Below, piece by piece: positions 28,659-40,898 of a stretch of 63,541 nt of DNA. The position numbers and the translations under genes were made by a program. The stretch is from Candidatus Dormiibacterota bacterium (GTDB taxonomy: Bacteria; Chloroflexota; Dormibacteria; Aeolococcales; Aeolococcaceae): contig DAINCY010000006.1 in NCBI GenBank assembly GCA_036732145.1, positions 1 to 63,541 of the forward strand, written 5' to 3'. Under the pieces are notes generated by a model, which saw only the letters and a program-made list of their open reading frames with translations, did not search any database and had not been told where the DNA came from. Position 1 is the first letter of the stretch. The number at the start of each line of letters is the position of its first letter.

Positions 28659-30323
28659 TCAGCCGGCCGGGTCGACGAGCTGCTCGCGGTCGTACGCCTG
28701 GCTCTGCGCGATGGCGGCGACGCGGTCCACCGTGTCAATCTCGTCGACCGGCTTGTCGTGCCGCCAGCGCGCGATCCGCGGGAACCGAAGTGCGTACCCG
28801 GAGCGGTGGCGCGCCGAGCGCTGCACGGCGTCGAACGCCACCTCGAGCACGATCTGCGGCCGCACCGTGCGGTAGTAGCCCTGGTCGTCGACGGTGATGT
28901 CGAGCAGCAGTGCCGTCATCTCAGCGATCTCCGCATCGGTCAGTCCGGTGTAGGCCTTGCCCACGGTGACCAGCTCGCCATGGGGGTCTCGCACCGCGAA
29001 GGTCACGTCGCTGAGCACACCGCGGCGCTTGCCGTGCCCCCATTCAGCACCGACGACAACGACGTCGATGGTGTCCAGCGGCCGCTTGAGCTTCAGCCAG
29101 GCGAGGCCGCGGCGGCCCGGCGTGTACGTGGAGTCGGGATCCTTGAGCATCAGCCCCTCATTTCGTCGTGCCCGGGCGGCGGCGAACCGCTCGTCGACGG
29201 CTGCCACACCGACGGCGGCTTCGAGGTGGGCGAGCGCGAATCCGTCGCCGAGGCGCAGCGCCTCCAGGCGATGCCGGCGTTGGCGCAGCGGGGTGTCGAG
29301 CAGTGATGCCTCGCCCTCCAGGAGAAGGTCCCATGCCACGTAGATGACGGGAACCGCATCGCGCATCGCTGCCGGCGGATTGCGCCGGCCCAGCCGCGCC
29401 TGCAGGTCGTGGAAGGGCAGGACCCTGCCCTCGCGAAAGGCCAGGATCTCGCCGTCGAGGATGATGGCGGGGGTGTGCACCGCGGCTTCGCGCACCTCGG
29501 GAAACTGCTCGGTGACCTCGTTGAGATCGCGGCTGTAGAGCGCCACGCGGCCCTCAGCGTGATGCAACTGACAGCGGACGCCGTCGTACTTGTCCTCCAC
29601 CCACACCTCCTCTCCCATCCGCCGCACAGCCTCCTGGGCGTCTGCGACCGGCGAGGCGAGCATGAAACGCAACGGGGAGAAATACCGCGGCCGCTCGACG
29701 CTTTCGCCGCGCGCCACCAGGCAGGCCACCTGCCCGAGGTCCCCCAGGAGCATGACCGCCCTGGCGACGTCCGTCGCAGGGCGATCGAAGGCGACGCCGA
29801 TCGCCTCCTCGACGAGTCCCTCACGCAGTCCGATGCGCATGTCGCCGGTGACAAGCTTGACCGCGTAACGGGCCTCGTCCGGTGAGCAGCGGCGGAGCAG
29901 GTCGGCGAATCCAGCCGCGCGTCCCTTCGGCCCTGCGGCGGTCGCGATGGCGGCGAACGCCGCGTCGACGTCGACCAGGTCGACGCCGTCGTACTGCGCA
30001 GGCCCCCGCGCCGCCGCCAGGACATCGGCGGTGGTGTCCCCCGCGTCGCCGTGGCGCCGGTACGTCGCGCTGAGCACGCCGTCCTCGACGCCGGCCACCT
30101 CGCGCAGCACCTTGTACAGGGCGGCGCCACCGAGGTTGAGCGTGCGCGAATCGCCTGGCGCGAAGACTCGGCCCGCGAAGTAGCGGGTGGCCAGGAGAAG
30201 GCGAGCGGGGTCGAGAGCGGCCAGGTGATCAGCGAGCAGGCGTACCTTGGCTCGCTTCGACGGCGTGGCGGCGATGGCATCCGCGGTGACGGCGAATCCG
30301 GCGAGCGTCGGCGCTGCCTGCAT
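28659..30323 (-). CDS. ATP-dependent DNA ligase (LigB-type: DNA-binding, adenylation and OB domains)
   Basis: EDKYDG, LDGEI, EGLMLK, YTPGRRG..WLKLK, LRFPR; start moved to ATG 30323. Confidence 0.95.
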   Translation of the reverse strand: MQAAPTLAGFAVTADAIAATPSKRAKVRLLADHLAALDPARLLLATRYFAGRVFAPGDSRTLNLGGAALYKVLREVAGVEDGVLSATYRRHGDAGDTTADVLAAARGPAQYDGVDLVDVDAAFAAIATAAGPKGRAAGFADLLRRCSPDEARYAVKLVTGDMRIGLREGLVEEAIGVAFDRPATDVARAVMLLGDLGQVACLVARGESVERPRYFSPLRFMLASPVADAQEAVRRMGEEVWVEDKYDGVRCQLHHAEGRVALYSRDLNEVTEQFPEVREAAVHTPAIILDGEILAFREGRVLPFHDLQARLGRRNPPAAMRDAVPVIYVAWDLLLEGEASLLDTPLRQRRHRLEALRLGDGFALAHLEAAVGVAAVDERFAAARARRNEGLMLKDPDSTYTPGRRGLAWLKLKRPLDTIDVVVVGAEWGHGKRRGVLSDVTFAVRDPHGELVTVGKAYTGLTDAEIAEMTALLLDITVDDQGYYRTVRPQIVLEVAFDAVQRSARHRSGYALRFPRIARWRHDKPVDEIDTVDRVAAIAQSQAYDREQLVDPAG

Positions 30324-30434
30324 CCGCGCATCATCGCCGACAGGCGCGCGGGCGCCCTTCCTGCGCCGCTCCACCGGTGGCGTATAAAGATTGCTTCCGT
30401 CCACCCGCTGGAGGTCCTGTGATGCCGAGGTTCG

Positions 30435-31790
30435 GTGGCTAACCCGTCGCTGCCGGCGGCCGACCGGTTCAGCGAGGTCAACCTGATCGCCGACCCGCTG
30501 TACGGCTACATCGAGATCACCAAGGGGACATCGACCGAACCGGGCGAGCGCACTCTTCTGGACGCCCCATGGCTCCAGCGCCTGCGTCGCATCCACCAGC
30601 TGCAGTCCGCGTGGTGGGTGTTCCCATCCGCCGAGCATTCGCGATTCGTCCACCTGCTCGGTGCCATGCACCTCGCCAGCCTCTTCGCTCGTCGCGTGGA
30701 CGCGTCACTCCGTGCGGCCTTCCCGGAGGCGCCGTCACCTGCGTGCGTCGAAGAGACGCTGCGCCTGGCTGGATTGCTGCACGACGTCGGGCACGGTCCG
30801 TTCGGTCATTTCTTCGACCAGGAGGTGCTGTCGCAGTGGCACATCGACCATGAGGATGTCGGACGCTCCCTGGTCGAGAACGAGCTGGCCGACGTCATCG
30901 GGTCGCTGCGGGCCTCGCCCTCGGGTGCGTTCGAGCCGGGCGAATCCGTCGACCCGCGGTGGGTTGCCTGGGTGATGGCCGACGCCGGCATCCCCGGCTA
31001 CGAACCACCCGGATGGCTGCGTGCCTGCAAACCCATCCTGTGCGGGCCCGCCACCGTCGACAACCTCGACTACGTGCGCCGCGACGCGTACATGTGCGGC
31101 ATCTCGCTGGGACCGGTCGACGTGCAGCGGCTCATCCACTATTCCTTCATCGCCGGCGACACCATGGTCCTGCACATGCACGCCGCCGCGGCATTGCAGA
31201 TGTTCCTTGCATCGCGGCTCTACATGTACACACAGGTGTACCACCACCGCACCGGACGGAGGTTCGACCTCTCCATGCGTGAGATCTTCTCCGACACCAT
31301 CGCGCTTCTCCTTCCCGGCAATCCCCTCGACAACCGCGACGACTACCTGAGGCTCAACGACTGGTCGGTGCTCGAGGCGGCACAACGCTGGACCCGTTCA
31401 CCTCTGGGCAGCGAGGAGCGGCGTCTCGGCGACGCGTGGGGCCGGCTGCTCGGCCGCGACCTGCACTGGCACCTCGCCTACGAGACCATCGCCCATCGCG
31501 GCGTCGACCTCTCCACGCTGCAGGAGCGATTGCTCGCCGCCGTTCCCGACGTGACGGCGCGCGCGCGAGTGCAGGTGGATGTGGTGTCGGCGAAGATCGC
31601 GCCCCACAACCCCATGGCCGACCACGGGTTTGTCGACATGTACGATCCCATCAAGGGCACCGTCGAACGTACCCACACCGCCGAGATGATCGAGCGACTG
31701 CCGCAGCACAACCAGCTGGTGCGCGTTTTCACCGACGACGTCGAGGCCATTCCCGCGCTGCATCGCGCCATCCGGCAGCTGCTGAACTAG
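30435..31790 (+). CDS. HD-domain phosphohydrolase (SAMHD1/YwfO-like dNTPase family)
   Basis: DPLYGYI, QRLRRIHQL, EHSRFVH, LLHDVGHGPFGH, DNLDYVRRD. Confidence 0.92.
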   Translation: MANPSLPAADRFSEVNLIADPLYGYIEITKGTSTEPGERTLLDAPWLQRLRRIHQLQSAWWVFPSAEHSRFVHLLGAMHLASLFARRVDASLRAAFPEAPSPACVEETLRLAGLLHDVGHGPFGHFFDQEVLSQWHIDHEDVGRSLVENELADVIGSLRASPSGAFEPGESVDPRWVAWVMADAGIPGYEPPGWLRACKPILCGPATVDNLDYVRRDAYMCGISLGPVDVQRLIHYSFIAGDTMVLHMHAAAALQMFLASRLYMYTQVYHHRTGRRFDLSMREIFSDTIALLLPGNPLDNRDDYLRLNDWSVLEAAQRWTRSPLGSEERRLGDAWGRLLGRDLHWHLAYETIAHRGVDLSTLQERLLAAVPDVTARARVQVDVVSAKIAPHNPMADHGFVDMYDPIKGTVERTHTAEMIERLPQHNQLVRVFTDDVEAIPALHRAIRQLLN

Positions 31791-33247
31791 GTTTCGGAAT
31801 GCTCGCGGTAGGCGCGGGCGGTGAGCCCGGCAACGAGCACGCAGATGGCCGCCGCGGCGGCGAAGACGCCGGTGGCCACCGAGTCCGCGGCGCCAGGGCC
31901 ACCGTGAGCGGAGGACGTGTACACGGCTCCCGTGACGGCCAGACCGATGATGACGCCGGCGTTGCGCGCGGTCGAGAGAAACGCGGCGGCACTCCCCAGG
32001 GCATCGCGCGGTGCCACACGGATGGCGGCGGAGGTGTTCGGCGAGGAGAACAACCCGTTGCCGAGGCCGAGCACCAGCAGACCGGTGAGCAGCAGCCACC
32101 AGGCATCGACATGCGCGGCGACGGCCGCAGTCGCGAATCCGGCGGCAGCGAGACCCATGCCGGCCGCGGTGGTCAGACCGGTGCGGCCGGCATCGCTCAA
32201 GGCCCCCCCGCGGCGGGAGGTGGCGCCGATTCCCACCGCGATCGGGACGAACGCGAGGCCCGCCACGATGGGAGCTGCGCCGTGGGCCTGCTCCAGCCAG
32301 TACGGCAGCAGGGCGAAACAGGACATCAGAGTGCCGGTGCTGAGCAACGTGGCCATGGTCGCTGCCGCGAATCGAGAGTTGCGCAGCAAGCGGCCGTCGA
32401 TGACCGGGCGCCTGGCGATCAGCTCGGTGGGGACAAGCAGAAGGAGACTGACCCAGGCGACCGAGAACCAGACCTCCGGTCCGGCATCGCCCACCACCGG
32501 TCCGCCGATCGAGGCGATGCCGGCACCGATGCCCAGCAGCAGCGTGGCCGTGAGAATCGACCCCGCGACATCGAGCCGCACTCGGCGGCGATGGACCGTG
32601 GGCGGCACGAAACGCACCGCCAACCCGGCGCCGATGGCGGCCATGGGCAGGCCCGCCCAGAAGATTGCCTGCCAGCCGCCCAGGGCGACCAGGATGCCAC
32701 CCAGCGGTGGTCCGGCCAGACCTGCGAACGCCTGGGTGATCACCAGCACGGCGACGGAGCGGCCGGTGCGACCCCGCGGGGCGTACTCGGCGATGAGTGA
32801 CAGGCTGCCTGCGGTCAGCACACCACCGCCGACCGCCTGAACGGCGCGAGCCACCAGAAGCACCACGAACGAGGGCGCCAGTGCGGCCACCACCGAGCCC
32901 AGGGCAAAGATGGCGAAGCCGGCGAGGTAGACACGCCGCCGCCCGAACCGGTCACCCAGCCTGCCGAGCGTGGGCAGCGTCGCGGTGATCGCCACCAGGT
33001 ACACACTCAGCACCTCCTGGCCGGCACTGAGCGGAACGGCGAAGTGGCGGACCAGCGGATCGAGCCCGACGGCCACGATGGTGGCGTCGGCCATGCTGAT
33101 GAAAGCGCCGACAGCCAGGGCGATGAGCAGCCATCGGCTCGGGGCGGGAGCGGCAGATGGCGCGGTTCCGGTTTCGCCGACGACGATCGCCGCCGCCGGG
33201 GCCGCCGGCCTCGCGACAGCGCGATGGCCCGCCCGCGACGTCGCCAT
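31787..33247 (-). CDS. MFS transporter (DHA2-like)
   Basis: GRLGDRFGRRR motif A, ARAVQAVGGG, about 14 TM helices. Confidence 0.92.
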   Translation of the reverse strand: MATSRAGHRAVARPAAPAAAIVVGETGTAPSAAPAPSRWLLIALAVGAFISMADATIVAVGLDPLVRHFAVPLSAGQEVLSVYLVAITATLPTLGRLGDRFGRRRVYLAGFAIFALGSVVAALAPSFVVLLVARAVQAVGGGVLTAGSLSLIAEYAPRGRTGRSVAVLVITQAFAGLAGPPLGGILVALGGWQAIFWAGLPMAAIGAGLAVRFVPPTVHRRRVRLDVAGSILTATLLLGIGAGIASIGGPVVGDAGPEVWFSVAWVSLLLLVPTELIARRPVIDGRLLRNSRFAAATMATLLSTGTLMSCFALLPYWLEQAHGAAPIVAGLAFVPIAVGIGATSRRGGALSDAGRTGLTTAAGMGLAAAGFATAAVAAHVDAWWLLLTGLLVLGLGNGLFSSPNTSAAIRVAPRDALGSAAAFLSTARNAGVIIGLAVTGAVYTSSAHGGPGAADSVATGVFAAAAAICVLVAGLTARAYREHSET

Positions 33248-33252
33248 GGCTG

Positions 33253-34362
33253 TTAGGGGCGAAGGGGGATGCGCGGGCCTGCGGGCATCAGCGGACCCGC
33301 CGCGCTGGCGAAATTCTCCTGGCTGACCCGGCCGGCGATGTGGGCGGCAACCCCGCGGAACACGCCACCGACGGTGCTGTCGGGCGCCGCCGCCATGAGT
33401 GGCTGACCGTCACCGCCGCCGAGACGGATGCGCGGGTCGAGCGGGATGGTGCCCAGGAAGGGCACGTCGTACGTCTCTGCCAAGCCGCGGCCGCCTCCGC
33501 TGCCGAAGATGTCGGTGGTCTCGCCGCAGTGCGAGCACACGAAGCCGCTCATGTTCTCGACGATGCCGAGAACCGGCACCTTGACCTGGCGGAACATCTC
33601 GATGCCGCGACTCACATCGGCAAGTGACACGTCCTGCGGGGTGGTGACGATCACGGCGCCGGTCATGGGAACGCTTTGGGCCAGGCTCAGCTGCACGTCG
33701 CCCGTGCCCGGTGGCAGGTCGACCACCAGGTAGTCGAGCTCGCCCCACTCGACCTCGTAGAGGAACTCGCGCAGTCCCTTGGCGAGCATCGGTCCACGCC
33801 AGATCACCGGCTGGCCCGCTTTGAGGATGGTGCCGAAGGACATCACCTTGATGCCGTACGCGGTCAGCGGCCTGATTCGGTTGGACTCGCCTGGCTCGGG
33901 TTGGGCGGTGATGCCCATCATGATCGGCACGTTGGGTCCGTAGACGTCGGCGTCGAGCAGGCCGACACGGGCGCCGCTGAGGCTCAGGGCTATCGCCGTG
34001 TTGACGCTGACTGTGGTCTTGCCGACGCCTCCCTTTCCGGCGCTGACGGCAAGCACGTTGCGCACCCCGGGGATCTCCTGGCGGCCGGGCAGGCCCCGGG
34101 TCGAGGTGACGTTGGCATCCCAGGTGATCTCGATCGTCTCGATGCCCGCAACGGTGCCGATCACGGCTGCCTCGATCGAGCCGCGGATCTGATCCTTCAG
34201 TGGGCACGCCGGGGTGGTCAGAACCACGCGCATGAATGCCGTCGAGCCCTCGATGCGGAGGTCGCGCAGCATCCCCAGCTCCAGCATCGGCCGGCGCAAC
34301 TCGGGATCCACGACTGTGGCGAGCGCCTGCTCGAGGACAGCCGGCGGCGAGTCGTCACTCAT
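33253..34362 (-). CDS. mrp: Mrp/NBP35 (ApbC) Fe-S carrier ATPase with an N-terminal DUF59-like domain
   Basis: VVDPEL, LTTPACP, GKGGVGKTT, WRGPM, DLPPGTGD, ENMSGFVCSHC. Confidence 0.95.
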   Translation of the reverse strand: MSDDSPPAVLEQALATVVDPELRRPMLELGMLRDLRIEGSTAFMRVVLTTPACPLKDQIRGSIEAAVIGTVAGIETIEITWDANVTSTRGLPGRQEIPGVRNVLAVSAGKGGVGKTTVSVNTAIALSLSGARVGLLDADVYGPNVPIMMGITAQPEPGESNRIRPLTAYGIKVMSFGTILKAGQPVIWRGPMLAKGLREFLYEVEWGELDYLVVDLPPGTGDVQLSLAQSVPMTGAVIVTTPQDVSLADVSRGIEMFRQVKVPVLGIVENMSGFVCSHCGETTDIFGSGGGRGLAETYDVPFLGTIPLDPRIRLGGGDGQPLMAAAPDSTVGGVFRGVAAHIAGRVSQENFASAAGPLMPAGPRIPLRP

Positions 34363-34423
34363 TCGCGTTCGAGTATGGCAGAGCCCCGAGGACGGCCGAC
34401 CGGCAACACTAGAATGGCCCGTC

Positions 34424-35848
34424 ATGTTGAGCCGCGACCTCCTCCGTGACCTGGAGCGGCAGGTGGGAACGTCGCACGTCTACGCTCGTCCGGCCGACCT
34501 GGCCGCCTACGCGTACGACGCTTACGGCGCCTCCGGGTTGCGACGTCTCGCCGATGCGATCGTCTTCCCAGTTACAACGGGCGAGGTGGCCGGGGTTGTC
34601 GCGGTGTGCGCGACGCGCGGTGTGGCGGTGGTTCCGCGCGGCGCCGGCACCGGATACGCCGGCGGGGCCGCAGCCGACGGCGGCGTGATTCTCAACCTCT
34701 GCCGCATGACGCGGGTGGACGCGCTCGAGACCGAGGCGCAACGCATCGCTGTCGAGGCCGGCGTGATCACCGCGGAGGTCCACGCAAGGTCTGCAGCGGC
34801 AGGCCTGTATTACCCGCCGGATCCGGGATCGTCGAGCACCTCGACCATCGGTGGCAACGTCGCCTGCAACGCCGCCGGTCCGCACGCGCTGCGCTACGGG
34901 ACCACGACCGACTTCGTGGCCGGGCTGACGGCGGTTCTCGCCGACGGGCGCGTGGTGCGGCTGGGCGAGGGTGCGGATGCCGCGCAGCTCATGCCCTTGC
35001 TGTGCGGATCTGAAGGCACGCTCGCGGTCATCACCGAGGTGCTCCTGCGCCTCATCCCCGCGCCGGCCGCACGGGCCACACTGGCCGGCACCTTCGACGG
35101 CATGGAGGCCGCCTCAGCGGCGGTCGCGGCAATTGCCGAGGCGGGCATCGTGCCCGCCGCGCTCGAGTTTCTCGATCGGGCCGCCCTCGATGCCATCGCT
35201 GCCACCGGGGCCGGTGAGGTGGCTCCCGGCGCCGGCGCGCTGCTCATCGTCGAGGTGGAGGGGAGCGCGACCGAGGTGAACGCCCAGGGTGAGGCCGTGC
35301 GGAGGGCCCTCGCCCAGTCGGCCGCACGCACCGTCGACCACGCCACCAGCGAGGCCGAAGCCGCCCGTCTGTGGCGGCTGCGCAAGTCGGTCAGCGCCGC
35401 GGTCGCGAAGGTGCAGATCGGCAAGGTGAACGAGGACGTCGTGGTGCCGCGCGATCGGGTCGCTGAGCTGGTGGATCGCAGCCGCAAGATCGGATTGGCG
35501 AACGAGCTTGGGGTGGTCAACTTCGGCCACCTCGGTGACGGCAACATCCACACCACGTTCCTCATCGATCCGCGCGTCCCCGGGGACAGGCTGAAGGCCG
35601 CGGCAGCGGCCGAGCAGCTCTTTGAGACGGTGCTCTCGATGGGCGGCTCGCTCAGCGGTGAGCACGGGGTGGGCACGGCCAAGCTCGCGTTCGTCGAGCG
35701 CCAGCTCGGCGCCGAGCAGGTGGCCCTGATGAGGCGCATCAAGCAGGCGTTCGACCCTGCAGGGATTCTCAACCCTGGCAAGAAGATCCCGCGGGAACCG
35801 GCCGCGGTGATGCGGGTGGAGGCTCAGCCGACCGCGGCCGTCCACTGA
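34424..35848 (+). CDS. FAD-linked oxidase (GlcD / D-lactate dehydrogenase-like)
   Basis: PRGAGTGYAGG, YPPDPGS, IGGNVACNAAG, GHLGDGNIH, GEHGVG. Confidence 0.92.
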   Translation: MLSRDLLRDLERQVGTSHVYARPADLAAYAYDAYGASGLRRLADAIVFPVTTGEVAGVVAVCATRGVAVVPRGAGTGYAGGAAADGGVILNLCRMTRVDALETEAQRIAVEAGVITAEVHARSAAAGLYYPPDPGSSSTSTIGGNVACNAAGPHALRYGTTTDFVAGLTAVLADGRVVRLGEGADAAQLMPLLCGSEGTLAVITEVLLRLIPAPAARATLAGTFDGMEAASAAVAAIAEAGIVPAALEFLDRAALDAIAATGAGEVAPGAGALLIVEVEGSATEVNAQGEAVRRALAQSAARTVDHATSEAEAARLWRLRKSVSAAVAKVQIGKVNEDVVVPRDRVAELVDRSRKIGLANELGVVNFGHLGDGNIHTTFLIDPRVPGDRLKAAAAAEQLFETVLSMGGSLSGEHGVGTAKLAFVERQLGAEQVALMRRIKQAFDPAGILNPGKKIPREPAAVMRVEAQPTAAVH

Positions 35849-35907
35849 TCGGATTCTGAGTCGCGGCATGTCGCCCGCGCCGTCCTGGCCCAGTCACGGT
35901 CACGGAT

Positions 35908-36243
35908 TCACTCCTCCGCAGCCAGCAGGGCGCCGACGAAGTCGGTCTGACCGACACGCGCCGCCAGGTCATGACCGGACTCGTCCATGTCGAGCGCCGC
36001 GTCGTAGACGAATGAGTACACGTTCTGCATGTTCCATTCCCCGAAGCCCAGCTCGGCGAGCACCGTCCGCAGGCGAGGGTCAGCCAGACCGGCGTCGAGG
36101 CTTTCCGTCGCTGCCGTGTACAGCGCCACGAGGATGCGCACCTCGGCCTCGTATTCCTCGATGAGCTCGGGATCAGCCTCGTCCGCACGGAGCCTGGTCA
36201 GGGTCGAGCGGATCGCCTGGATCTCGAGCTGATACTCGTCCAC
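35908..36243 (-). CDS. Hypothetical acidic helical protein
   Basis: GTG with AGAGGA upstream; coding-like codon usage; fills the gap between convergent and codirectional genes. Confidence 0.75.
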   Translation of the reverse strand: MDEYQLEIQAIRSTLTRLRADEADPELIEEYEAEVRILVALYTAATESLDAGLADPRLRTVLAELGFGEWNMQNVYSFVYDAALDMDESGHDLAARVGQTDFVGALLAAEE

Positions 36244-36280
36244 GTCCGTCCTCTTTGGCGGTTGGTGCCGCCGCCGCGCA

Positions 36281-38338
<2,058 letters not shown>

Positions 38339-38447
38339 GCGGTCCTTCCGAACAGGCGGCACTGCGCGCGGCGGCCGCCGATAGACGAGCCGCGAGATTG
38401 TACCGACCGGCGACCCCGACGCGATGCTGACGTGTAGGCTCGAAGCG

Positions 38448-39293
38448 ATGCCAGAGACGCCCGCGACGGTCATCATCGCCGTCGGCGACGAGATCCTCTC
38501 CGGCCATACCCAGGACACCAACTCCGCCTTCCTGGCAGCGCGTGCCTTTGCCGCAGGGTTCCCGGTGCGTCGCATCGAGGTGGTGGCCGACCGACTTGAG
38601 GACGTCGTCACCGCGGTCCATCGCGCTCTTTCAGATGGCGAGGTCACCCGGATCGCGGTGTGCGGAGGCATTGGTCCCACCCCCGACGATCGCACCTTCG
38701 AAGCCGTGGCCCGCGCCCTTGGCCGGCCACTCGAGGAGAACGCCGTGGCCCTGGCGGGCATCACTGCCATGGTGTCGCGGATGCACGCTGCCGGGTGGAT
38801 CGCCCACCCCGTGGTCAGCGAGGGCAACCGGCGCTGCGCCGTGGTTCCTGCCGGTGGGACGGTGCTGCCCAACCGTCGCGGCATGGCGCCGCCGATGGCC
38901 TACGAGGTCGGCCCCCAGCGCTGGCTCTTCATCCTTCCCGGCGTCCCACGCGAGTTCACGACGATCGTCGACGAGGAGCTGATGCCGCGCTTCTTCGCGG
39001 GCGGCACGGCCTCGCTGGTCGTGGAGGTGCGCTACCGCAGCGTGCCCGAATCGGAGCTGTATGTGCCGCTGCGACGGCTGGCCGAGGAATACGGAGACGT
39101 GGCCGCGGGGTCGTACCCGCAGAGCGAGGCGCGGCAGGTCATCGTCCGCCTTCGCGGGCTCGACCAGCAGCGTGTGCGCGCGGCTGCGCAGCGGATGCTC
39201 GAGCTCGACGCGCGTGGTGAACTGCTCACCGCTCAGGTCTTGGGCAAAGAAAAAGAGGAGAGCACAAGCACTCCTCTCTTCAGACCGCGCTAG
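38448..39293 (+). CDS. CinA-like molybdopterin-binding-domain protein (no PncC domain)
   Basis: VGDEILSG...[22 protein letters not shown]. Confidence 0.88.
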   Translation: MPETPATVIIAVGDEILSGHTQDTNSAFLAARAFAAGFPVRRIEVVADRLEDVVTAVHRALSDGEVTRIAVCGGIGPTPDDRTFEAVARALGRPLEENAVALAGITAMVSRMHAAGWIAHPVVSEGNRRCAVVPAGGTVLPNRRGMAPPMAYEVGPQRWLFILPGVPREFTTIVDEELMPRFFAGGTASLVVEVRYRSVPESELYVPLRRLAEEYGDVAAGSYPQSEARQVIVRLRGLDQQRVRAAAQRMLELDARGELLTAQVLGKEKEESTSTPLFRPR

Positions 39294-39302
39294 GCGACCT
39301 GT

Positions 39303-39506
39303 TCAGCCGACCTTCTGCAGGTTCCGGGCGCGTGGCCCTTTGGGACTGTCGACCACCTCGAACGTCACCGACTCCCCCTCTTCGAGGCTGTCGAAATCGA
39401 CAGTTGTGAGTTCGGTGCGGTGGAAGAACGCTTCCGAACCGTCGTCACCGCGGACAAAACCAAAACCGCGGTCGGGACTGATCATCTTGATGCGGCCAGC
39501 GGGCAC
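39303..39506 (-). CDS. Cold-shock protein
   Basis: GRIK...RGFGF...FFH...LEEGESVTFEV..SPKGPRA; GTG 39506 with GGAGG. Confidence 0.93.
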   Translation of the reverse strand: MPAGRIKMISPDRGFGFVRGDDGSEAFFHRTELTTVDFDSLEEGESVTFEVVDSPKGPRARNLQKVG

Positions 39507-39661
39507 TTGTGGGTCCTCCAGGAGTCGAGCTTGACATCGAAAAACCCGACACGCTCGCGCCGCCGACCCCATACGGGGACGCCCCGGGTCAGCACCGGAG
39601 ACCTGCGATCAGTGCGATCGAGAGCGTGACCGCGAGCGGTGTGGCCGTTCCGTGTCGACGC

Positions 39662-40888
39662 TCAGTCGAGAATAGCAGGAGCGTCGCCCCGGTCGTCCTG
39701 CCACGACGCGTGCACGTCCAACAGCGAGTCCGGAAGGTTGGCGTAGTACGACTCGACATCGATCACCGCCGGATACGGCGACGGCGCGCCGAGCGCGTGC
39801 TCGCGGCCGGCCACAGCATCCCACGCCTCCGCAATCGGCTTGGAAACCCCAGTGCTGTCAAGGAGTCCCAGCCGTGACAACCACGGCCTCCGGTCCACCG
39901 GCGGGGTGTCGATCAGGCGCTTGCCCCAGTCGCACCACCCGCCCGCGTGCAGCCCCGCAACACCGGCGCCGATGATGCGCTGCAGCATCTGATCCGCGTC
40001 GCGTCGCGCGTCGTCCGGCGCGGCGGTGACTCGGTCGACGGCTGACGTATCACCGGCCGCGGCCTCACCCACGTCGCCGGACGCGATCCCCAACTCCACC
40101 ACCAGCGGGACTGTCGGTCCGGCAAGCGCCTGGGCGAGCTCGATGGTGAACACCGGCCGGCCGGGGTCAAGCGGCTCACCTGGCAGCACAAGGCGCTGGG
40201 GGCGGAGCACCAGTCCGAGCGAGTCCACGTGCTGGCCGACCGCAGCCAGGCGAACCCCGCGGCCGCGCACCAGGTCGCCCTGTCCCAGCGTGAGCCGGCA
40301 TTCCTCGTCCTCGGCGTGGACACGCGCGGCGAGAAGCGCTGCCCAGGCCGCCATCTCGGCGATGCGTCGCGGCCGAATCGTGGTTGCCGGATCATGACCG
40401 AGATCCCAAGCGGCGATGGCCGGGTGACCGGCGAACCCGGCGAGCATCGCGTCGAGCCAGCGCACCTGCACCTCCAGCATGAGCGCGTCTGTATAGATGT
40501 CGCGCGGTCCACCGTCGACAACACGCGCATCGGTGACGCACCGCACCCCCCGCCGAGGCGCGCGCTTGTCGATGGCGTAGGCGGGCAGCATCACGCAGTC
40601 GCCGATCGACTGCGCGAAGAGTGTCAGCACCACGCCCAGCCCCAGCTCGCGGGCTGTGCCGAGAAGAGTCTCCAGGTCGCGCATCCGGCGTGGACTGGGC
40701 GCGCGGTCGGTCGGCATGAACGCGTCCCAGCTGAGCAGGACCCGCACCACGGGAATGCGCCGCGACGCGATGGCGGTTAGATCCCGCTCGACCGTGTCGA
40801 CCCGGAACTCGTGCCAGAGATACGGGCCCACCGCGGCCGGCCAGTAGGTGACCCCGACCTCGAGGTGGTCGGGCTTTGGACGCCTCAT
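39662..40888 (-). CDS. GH5-like TIM-barrel glycoside-hydrolase homologue with an altered catalytic motif
   Basis: GVTYWP, VRVLLSWDAFMP, HPAIAAWDLGHDP, VVELG. Confidence 0.7.
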   Translation of the reverse strand: MRRPKPDHLEVGVTYWPAAVGPYLWHEFRVDTVERDLTAIASRRIPVVRVLLSWDAFMPTDRAPSPRRMRDLETLLGTARELGLGVVLTLFAQSIGDCVMLPAYAIDKRAPRRGVRCVTDARVVDGGPRDIYTDALMLEVQVRWLDAMLAGFAGHPAIAAWDLGHDPATTIRPRRIAEMAAWAALLAARVHAEDEECRLTLGQGDLVRGRGVRLAAVGQHVDSLGLVLRPQRLVLPGEPLDPGRPVFTIELAQALAGPTVPLVVELGIASGDVGEAAAGDTSAVDRVTAAPDDARRDADQMLQRIIGAGVAGLHAGGWCDWGKRLIDTPPVDRRPWLSRLGLLDSTGVSKPIAEAWDAVAGREHALGAPSPYPAVIDVESYYANLPDSLLDVHASWQDDRGDAPAILD

Positions 40889-40898
40889 GAAAGCAGCC

